64,000 nt of DNA from Chrysomallon squamiferum. Lineage: Eukaryota; Animalia; Mollusca. The position numbers and the translations under genes were made by a program. Under the pieces are notes generated by a model. It searched no databases. It was not told the DNA's origin and saw only the letters and a program-made list of their open reading frames with translations. Positions 54,933-64,000 of this stretch are shown in pieces (within the stretch, counting starts at the first letter, position 1; each line of letters begins with the position of its first letter). The stretch is from assembly GCA_012295275.1 (NCBI GenBank), contig CM022675.1:2914001-2978000 (forward strand), in the 5' to 3' direction.

Positions 54933-54964
<32 letters not shown>

Positions 54965-54987
54965 TAAATAAATAATTAAATAAATAA

Positions 54988-55021
<34 letters not shown>

Positions 55022-55048
55022 GTAATAAATAAATAATTAAATAAATTA

Positions 55049-55087
<39 letters not shown>

Positions 55088-55272
55088 CTTCAGGTCGTAA
55101 GTGATATAATAATTACAAAAATAAATAAATAACGGAATTTTTAACAATCTTTCTGGATATTGTTTGCCTTGTTTCTGTCTCGTATCATAATCGATGTACA
55201 AGCATTTTTCTAATGTTTTCATTTCCAAGTGTAATAGTCCCTGTTAGGGCCTCTTACGATTCCTTTTATTTT

Positions 55273-55304
<32 letters not shown>

Positions 55305-55652
55305 ACAAATTTCGCTTGGTTAAAATTTACACAGAATATCATGTAAGCATCAATAGGCCAGAAAAATGCAAAACTATTAGGAAAATTTTAGTTGTCATTT
55401 AGCGACAGTGGACTCGTAACAATCACCACTGAAGTAAAGTTGATCTGAGGCAGGTTCCAGTAGCGAAACGGTCCTGGCTTCTGTTTCCAGTACGCTCTGT
55501 TTTTAAATTTATTTATTTATTTATTTATTTATTTATTATGTAGATTTTAATTATTTTCGTTACATGAAATTCTGTCTGATATACACCACAACCCATACAA
55601 CTAACAGTCGGGGAAAACAGAAAATGAGTTTCAAAATGTATTACAGGAAGTC

Positions 55653-55656
<4 letters not shown>

Positions 55657-55709
<53 letters not shown>

Positions 55710-55797
55710 CTATCTCTTTCTATCTATCTTTTTCTCCCCCCCTCTCTCTCTCTCTATATATATATATCTTTCTCTCTTTCTTTCTTTCTCTCTCTCT

Positions 55798-55847
<50 letters not shown>

Positions 55848-55908
55848 ATATCTATCTTTCTGTCTATCTATCTCTATCTATCTCTCTATCTATCTCTATC
55901 TCTCTATC

Positions 55909-55998
<90 letters not shown>

Positions 55999-56016
55999 CT
56001 CTCTCTTTCTCTCTCT
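55657..56016. repeat. (TC)n-rich polypyrimidine microsatellite
   Basis: Seen directly. Confidence 0.95.
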
Positions 56017-56032
56017 CACGCACACAACTGTC

Positions 56033-56190
56033 AAGCCGTACATGTGTGTCACGTGGTCCAAAGCCTTCAACCGAGCCTCGAATCTGCACACGCACATGCG
56101 CACTCACACCAATTACAAGCCTTTCAGATGCACGTACTGTGGAAAGGGAGTTCACAAAAAACTAAACATGGAAGTACCCTGCTACACTGA
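56033..56190 (+). pseudogene. C2H2 zinc-finger fragment (Fez/Gfi-like), degenerate
   Basis: KPYMCVTWSKAFNRASNLHTHMRTHTNYKPFRCTYCGKGVHKKLNMEVPCYT. The second Cys of finger 1 is Trp and the His residues of finger 2 are lost. Flanked by (TC)n and CA-rich DNA. Confidence 0.75.
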
Positions 56191-56669
56191 TATCTTTGTT
56201 TATGTAGTATTAAAACATCTACATACAAGTTTACATATGATTATACGTAAACATAACATATACACATTCACACGCAGACACAGATACAAACACACATATA
56301 CAGATACATGCATGTATACATATATGAGTGTGCGTATGTGCGTAAAGAGAGAGACACAGAGAGAGAGAAAGAACTGAACGGTTTTGACAAATTATTTCAG
56401 TGCAGTAATTATGTAAATTAGTCTTTTTACTATAAATATTTGATGAGGAAACATTCAGTTCTCTCATCTAACAGCAGTAATTGTCTTACATAGCTAAGTG
56501 GCTGGTCACAGCTGTTTACATATTTGTCACTTGTAACACATTAGGCTGTTCATAATTTATTAAGAAAAAACTTTATAAAAAAAATATTGTTTTTCTATAT
56601 TTTAAAACTGGGAAAATATGTGTAACAATGTGAAATGATCTGTTACACTGATACATCAAAGAGTAATAT

Positions 56670-56886
56670 ATGTGTGTATGTATGTATGTATGTATGTGTG
56701 TGTATGAATGTATGTGTGTATGTATGTGTGTATGTATGTGTGTGTATGTATGTATGTGTGTGTATGAATGTATGTGTGTATGTATGTGTGTGTATGAATG
56801 TATGTGTGTATGTATGTGTGTATGTATGTATGTATGTATGTGTGTGTATGAATGTATGTGTGTATGTATGTGTGTGTGTATGTATG
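56670..56886. repeat. (TGTA)n/(TG)n microsatellite
   Basis: Seen directly. Confidence 0.93.
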
Positions 56887-57371
56887 TTTACACGTTTATT
56901 TCATCAGAACAGGTTTCTTTTCCATTTCTGCGTGAAGCGATTACCCACAAACGTTTCCGGTATGTATTTCAAGACTTGTGTAACTGGAACAGTTAGTAAC
57001 TGGACGATGGTCACGGCCTCACATTACAGCACGCTTGCTTTGCCCTCCAGTTTGGAAGTAGGGCTAGTTTGGCCAGATCTCGCAAATTACCCAGCAACGG
57101 GCACATGCGCAGTGGAATGTGAAATACCTCTGTTATTCAGAACATCTTAACATCAATCTCTCTGCTTATTTTACATTTTACCATTTAAAAAATAAAACAT
57201 TAGGCTAAGTTAAATTTTTGTGCTCTTAACTCGAAAACCTCGTAAATCAAAGTATCACTCTATAGACAATTCTAATGTATTAATAAATTAAATTTAAAAG
57301 AAAAGAATGATTCAGTGAAATAATAATAATAATAATAATAAAAGAAGAAGTTAATAGTTCCCTTAAGAAGA

Positions 57372-57408
<37 letters not shown>

Positions 57409-59607
57409 TAATTAATTAATAGAAATAAATAATTCTGTAAAACAATAGATATAAAAAGAAAAGAGAAATATTAATAGGTAAAGATTAAAAAAGAAATCTG
57501 TCTTCTATTTTTACCTATCAGTATTTTTGACGGATTAAAATGCAGAAAAATCTAAATATCGAGCGCCAACAAAGAGTACATGAAACGAATTGACTCTCTC
57601 AATACTGCTTTATCAGAAACTACTGTGTGTGTGTCCTACCAAATAATGACACTGTATTCAGTGACAGTTACTTCTTCCAGAAGTTCATTTATACAGATAC
57701 AAAATTATTTTTCCTCTGTGTAGTTGTATGTAATATGTAAATCGCAATCGGACATTTTATTCAGTTCATTTATACAGAAATTAATTATTAATCTAATTAA
57801 TAAGTTAAAAGCCTTGTTTAACTTGTGGTACATATAAAAATAATGTGTTATGTAATATAACAGCTGACGAAATCCCCACGAATGTGTCAACTGCGCATGT
57901 GCGGAAAAGTCTCATGTCGATACTGGAGCGCAAATAACTGCATCGATCGAAGGTAGGTTGAAAAACTACTTTTTGAGCTGAAATCTCGCTGATGATTTTC
58001 ACAAAACATGTTCAGTTTTAACTTTTGTATCCGTGGTAAATCAATGAATGTCTCTTTTGGGGTCTTTTAATAGATGAATTAATAAAAAACGGGCGAGGAA
58101 AATTTCATTAAAACAAAATTAGTCACCAACAACTTTGAAAGTGCTAATTATAATTATTATATTAATATAGTTTTTTCTTGTTTTTTTTTTTTTTTTTTTT
58201 TTTTAATTAAGTTATTTCAGATTTTACAGTTTGAGATGGATAAATAGTAAAAGTGTCTTCGAAATAATATTTTAACCTTAAACCTGTTAACGTACACTAT
58301 TTATTTTCGCCATACATTTAATAAAGGATAATAAATTATAATAAATTTTTGTTACCATGCCCCATGCTTTGACCTTTTGTAATAATGAACGTTTGTTAAT
58401 GTAATTTTAATGTTAAATTATTTCAGTTAAAACGGAATCAACAGAAAGTGATAAGTAAGTATTAAATTTTTATTTTTTTCTAAATTTTTATTTTTTATTT
58501 TTCATTATTTTAGTCGTCAGAAAATAAAAATATTTGGAAAATTAATATAAAGCGTTTTAGAATAAGTTGAGTAAAATACAAATTAAAGGGAAGCAATCTG
58601 ACAGGTGGTGAAAAGGAAGTTATAGCTAAGTACTGAGGCCCATAAAAGGCTAACTTTCTGATTCTAATTAAGGAAAGAAATTTTAGCTTCATATTTTTAG
58701 GCTAGTTTATTGCTAAAACTATCTGACAGAACTGATTTGGTTATAAAACACAAATGTTCACTGACAGATGTAGTGTTGTGCATAAGTTTGATGATGCACA
58801 CAGCTAACTCCCTAGTTTTATGTCCCCTCCTCTCCCCCACCCCAGCTAAAAAAAAAACCAAATCTAGGAAATGTGAAAAAGAATCATGTTTTAAATATTT
58901 AAAAAATAAATTAAAATTAACAAATAAATCTTTTATTCAAATTAAATATAAATTAACTACATTGATTATTTGTAATTTCAGTGTTTGAAATGAACTCTTT
59001 TGTAAGAAATGTTTTTTAAAACTTTTTCTTTTTTTCACCTAAAATTAGAGGATTTCTTTTTTCTGTACTAATTAAACCAAAGTGAGTTAATCTCTCTTGT
59101 GACTTATACATGTTTTTATTAATTTAAGCTTTGCAAATGCAATGATAAGTTGTATGCAGTGTAAACTGTAGAGCAGATATCCTTTCTGAACATCAGCAAA
59201 GTCTAGATTGTTTTCAGACAGAAATGTAGTTTCTGCAGCTGTAACAAGTATGACGAGGTCAATAATTTCATGTTTAATTTTGATATCCTTTTGGTTTATG
59301 TTGTATTATTTTCATCATAAAGCTATTTAAAACTGGATTCATCAAATATAAAAACTTTTTTTGTAAGAATGCTAAAAAAATCTTTAAATACAAGTTTGTG
59401 CTTGCAGTTTAAATGAAACAGAATCAGTATATAGCATAACTTAACCTGATAATACAGTTTTTAAAAGAGAATCACAAATTTTCCAACAGTTTAGTTAGTG
59501 AAAGATTTGTTAGTGTCAGGTGATCACTTACTGCTGCTTTTTTGTTTTCTCTCCACAGTTTTCATTTAACACTCTCTCTTGTTCATTAAAAAAATAAAAA
59601 AATAGCA

Positions 59608-60858
59608 ATGAGGTACAGTCACATTCAAACAAGGTTTCAGGACTGTAAAATAGGTTAATGATTTCAGATGTGTGATATGTTAAGTAGTTTGGATTAATTC
59701 TTCATTTTGAAATGTGTTTCTGTAACCAAGAATCTGGAAGCATTTTCACATCACTTTAGTATTTCAGGTTTATTCCTGCATCTTTGTCACCTAATAACAA
59801 ACCAGAAAACAAATATAAATGTGTGTATAAATATGTTGTTATAACTTTTGCAAAACCTATTGAGTTGATGTTCTTAACCATTGTTGCTTGAAATGATACA
59901 AGAAATAAATATCAAAAATATTTTATTTAAGAAAAACATTTTAGATTAAGTTAGAAACTCTAGTTGTTAAATTTAAAACATATATCTGTTTTTATTCTTT
60001 TATTTATTTTATTATATATTGAAATTATTTCAGTGTGAGCTCTATTCTGGGAGGCTTTGCGACATTCTCCAAGCTCAGCTCAAGTAAGGATGATGACTGG
60101 GTGGACCAGTTCAATCATCTGTACACTGTTGTGTTGCTGGCTCTCTTCTCTGTGTTCATCAGTGGAGGACAGTTTTTTGGCAGTCCCATAGACTGCTGGT
60201 GTCCAGCTCATTTCTCAGCGTCCATGGTCGCGTTTACTAAATCACTCTGCTGGGTGAATGGCACGTACTACGTCCCGATACACGAAGGAATCCCAGACAA
60301 GCACTCTGAGAGAGAGGAGCGACAGCTGCCCTACTACCAGTGGGTGCCTGTCATTCTCTTGTTCATGGCTTTCCTCTTCAAGCTGCCTGCCGTCATGTGG
60401 CGTCTGCTGAGTACAAATTGTGGAATCAGTTTTCAAAAATCACCCTCTGTGACTTTGACATTCACCAGATGACTAATGTAGAGAGACAAACAGTGCAGTG
60501 TGTCCTGCCTTACAACCTCTTCAATGAAAACATCTTCATCTTTCTCTGGTTTTGGCTTTTCCTTGTCTCCGTGGTAACAGTGTGGAATTCACTCGTCTGG
60601 TTTCAGCTACTTTTTGTACAGCACAATCGCAGGAAGTTTGTGAAGAAACATCTGAAGGAGATTGGTGAAATTCACACAGAATATGATGAAATGCTGGCAA
60701 AGAAATTTGCTGATCAGTATCTCCATGACGACGGAGTCTTTGTTCTGAGACTGATTGTGAAAAACACAAGTGAAATTCTCTTTTCTGATGTAATTAAAAG
60801 TTTGTGGTTAACTTACAAAAATAAACCCAGTAAAACAGAAGTAGAGACATCACTGTGA
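59608..60858 (+). pseudogene. Innexin (gap-junction protein) with internal deletion and frameshift
   Basis: Putative micro-exon ATGAG|gt (59608-59612) phase-matches the acceptor tttcag|T at 60034, giving MSVSSILGGF. Motifs DDDWVDQ, PIDCWCP, CWV, YYQWVP, then a frame switch at about 60430 to FSKITLCDF..QCVLPYNLFNENIFIFLWFW..YLHDDGVFVLRL. The cytoplasmic loop, TM3 and part of extracellular loop 2 are absent. Confidence 0.9.
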
Positions 60859-61124
60859 AGAGAAATGTGTAAGAAGAAACTTAAAACTGGACAGATAGCA
60901 ATTTGACTTATCAACAAAAAAAACACTGTAGTCTTAGTTGCTAATATATGTTTGTTAATATATATATATATGGAAATTCTGTCTTCTTCCAGTTTCTCAA
61001 AAATTGTATTTGCCAAGCAGTGTACACCATTTTTGTTGATTTGAATATAATATATATATATATATATATCTCATCTCCAGATCTGATTGCAAATTGTTTA
61101 ATAACAGGGATTATTTCTCCTTTA

Positions 61125-62215
61125 TTTTATTACATTATTAAAAGAAAGGGCTTTTGATTACATTTTATTTCTTTTGTAAAGTTATTAGTGATTTTTTTGT
61201 TGTTTTTTTAAATTTATTATTTTAAAATATATATTAAGTTTTTATTTCATGAGCAAAGTTAATCAAAGAGTAAAATGATCAGTATAAATTAATATTATCA
61301 AATCATTATGAATTCTATGAATTCTTTAGTTGATTTTTTTATTTTATTTTTTCTTCGTGTAAGTTTTGAAATACACCAGGCAACTATTGTTTTCACTTTT
61401 TTAATTTCTCTTTTGTTATTTTACATTATTAAAAAGAAACAGCTTTTGATTACATTTTCTTTTCTTTTGTAAAGTGGTTGTTGTTTTTTGGTCTTTTTTT
61501 TAAATTTATTATTTTATTTACTTGTCTTTTTACAGTAAAAAAAAAGAAAAATGATTTCAGATTAAACTTTTCTGGTTTAGAAGATTTGGTAAATGCATAT
61601 AAATGTATATTTTTTTTTTAAATGTTTTTTTATTTCATGAGTAAAGGCAAACAGAGTGAGATGATTAGTATAAATATCTATTAAATTATTAAATCCTTAA
61701 GAATTCTGTGAATTCTTTTTTATTTTGAAAAGAAAAAGTGAGATTATTTTTCTTTTAGTTATGCAATGTTTGTTTCTTTACATACATATTTTAATATATA
61801 AAAAATATTTTTTAATTTTGTTACTAAGTATGAGTTTTTGGCTTAAACTTTTCTCAGGTTTAGAAGATTTGGTATAAATTAATATTAATTATCAAATCAT
61901 TAAGAATTTTCTGAATTCTTTTTTTGTTTCCTATTTTATTTTTTCTTCATGTAAATTTGTTACTAAGTAGAAGTTTTTGGATTAAACTTTTGTTTGAAGA
62001 TTTGGTATAAATTAATATTAATTATCAAATCATTAAGAATTCTGTGAATTCTTTTTTTGTATTTATTTTTGATTTTTTCATCATGTAAGTTTATCAAGTA
62101 CAAGTTTTTGGATTAAACTTTTCTCTGAAGATTTGGTATAAATTAATACTAATTATCAAATCATTAAGAATTGTGTGAAGTTTTTGGATTAAACGTTTCT
62201 CTGGTTTCAGATTAA
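61125..62215. repeat. Imperfect tandem duplications downstream of the innexin
   Basis: Recurrent gattaaactttt...gaagatttggtataaattaatattaattatcaaatcattaagaatt at about 61560, 61843, 61980 and 62111. tacattattaaaa..gcttttgattacatttt at 61130 and 61422. Confidence 0.8.
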
Positions 62216-62884
62216 ATTATTATTTTTTAAGTATTTAATTTAGATCATTTTTCATTATCATACCATAAGTACTGGATGTACTGGCTTCATCTGTTTTAAT
62301 GTTCCTGTTATTGTACTGAAATGTAATTACTAGAAGACTGCTTTTTTCTGCTTTTTTAATTTTGTTATATTTTCTTAATAAAAGTTTTAAAACATTATTT
62401 AGTTGTTTAGTGTAACATGCTGAAGTTTTGTTTAAACTTTGCTCCAGTTGTAAACTATTATTTATTTTATTCTGACATTTTATTTCATCACACACACACA
62501 CACACACACACACACTCCAAACACACATATATACATATAGCTTATACCATACACACAATCATACAAACAAAAAGATGCATACATATATACCAGACTTCCA
62601 CACACACACACTCTCACACATACATACACACAAACATACATTCACACCACAAACATGTATACATACATACATGTATTTCCATCTATACATCCCTCCCTCC
62701 CTCCCTCCATCTATATATCATGTACATACACACTTCTGTACTTACCTCTGTTGTTTTTGCTTTTGTTTTTCATATTTGTCTTTAGATTCTTACTTACCCT
62801 TTCTTTTCTTGGACAAATCAGTTTGTCAGATGAAAACACGTATTTACACAGGTCCATGTTCTCTGCTCGAATACAACCATAACC

Positions 62885-64000
62885 GAACATGAACTGTGAA
62901 GTGATCTGATTGTCAGACAAGCACTGAACATGAACTGTTAAGTGATCTGATTGTCAGACAAGCACTGAACATGAACTGTAAAGTGATCTGATTGTAAGAC
63001 AAGAACTGAACATGAACTGTTAAGTGATCTGATTGTCAGACAAGCACTGAACATGAACTGTTAAGTGATTTGATTGTAAGACAAGCACTGAACATGAACT
63101 GTAAAGTGATCTGATTGTAAGACAAGCACTGAACATGAACTGTAAAGTGATCTGATTGTAAGACAAGCACTGAACATGAACTGTTAAGTGATCTGATTGT
63201 AAGACAAGCACTGAACATGAACTGTAAAGTGATCTGATTGTAAGACAAGCACTGAACATGAACTGTAAAGTGATCTGATTGTCAGACAAGCACTGAACAT
63301 GAACTGTTAAGTGATCTGATTGTAAGACAAGCACTGAACATGAACTGTTAAGTGATCTGATTGTAAGACAAGCACTGAACATGAACTGTTAAGTGATCTG
63401 ATTGTCAGACAAGCACTGAACATGAACTGTGAAGTGATCTGATTGTCAGACAAGCACTGAACATGAACTGTGAAGTGATTTGATTGTAAGACAATGGCTG
63501 AACATGAACTATTAAGTGATCTGATTGTAAGACAATGGCTGAACATGAACTATTAAGTGATCTGATTGTAAGACAATGGCTGGACATGAACTGTTAAGTG
63601 ATCTGATTGTAAGACAATGGCTGGACATGAACTGTTAAGTGATCTGATTGTGATTGGACATGAACTATTAAGTGATCTGATTGTAAGACAATGGCTGGAC
63701 ATGAACTGTTAAGTGATCTGATTGTAAGACAATGGCTGGACATGAACTGTTAAGTGATCTGATTGTCAGACAATGGCTGGACATGAACTATTAAGTGATT
63801 TGATTGTCAGACAATAGCTGAACATGAACTGTAAAGTGATCTGATTGTCAGACAAGCACTGAGCATGAACTATGAAGTGATTTGATTGTCAGACAAGCAC
63901 TGAACATGAACTGTTAAGTGATCTGATTGTAAGACAATGGCTGGACATGAATTGGGAAGTGATCTGATTGTAAGACAAGGGCTGAACATGAATTGGGAAG
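62885..64000. repeat. Minisatellite, 41-bp unit, ~27 copies, runs off the window end
   Basis: gaacatgaactgttaagtgatctgattgtcagacaagcact. Confidence 0.96.

Noticed and set aside
57805-58070. TTAA-flanked MITE, or NRF1-type promoter (TGCGCATGTGCG)
   Set aside because: The terminal inverted repeats are too weak to call, and a single motif is insufficient.

Overview
Eukaryotic, AT-rich animal genomic DNA (roughly 30% GC by eye), dense in microsatellites, with GT-AG introns. It is most likely a mollusc (gastropod), inferred from the innexin, the BIR-BIR-UBA IAP, the BTB-BACK-PHR gene and Meta-domain SINE remnants. Two genes look intact, both on the minus strand: a 2xBIR+UBA inhibitor-of-apoptosis gene (ATG 22509, stop 21553) and a two-coding-exon BTB-BACK-PHR gene (31828..30218, 436 aa). 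The rest is mostly decayed coding sequence: an innexin with an internal deletion and frameshift, ankyrin-repeat exons, a C2H2 zinc-finger fragment, and pogo, MULE and L1/Tx1 fragments. A 2518-bp hAT (Buster/Charlie-type) transposon with TIRs and an exact 8-bp TSD is nested inside an older, unclassified DDE-like transposase, whose complementary C-terminal portion lies about 25 kb away. Several minisatellites are present, the largest 4.9 kb. I see no CRISPR array, rRNA or tRNA gene. I found no convincing new biological system; the best leads are the unclassified transposase family, the RING-less IAP with an apparently decayed RING exon, and the clustered CRE sites. All calls are from reading the sequence by eye, with no database search.
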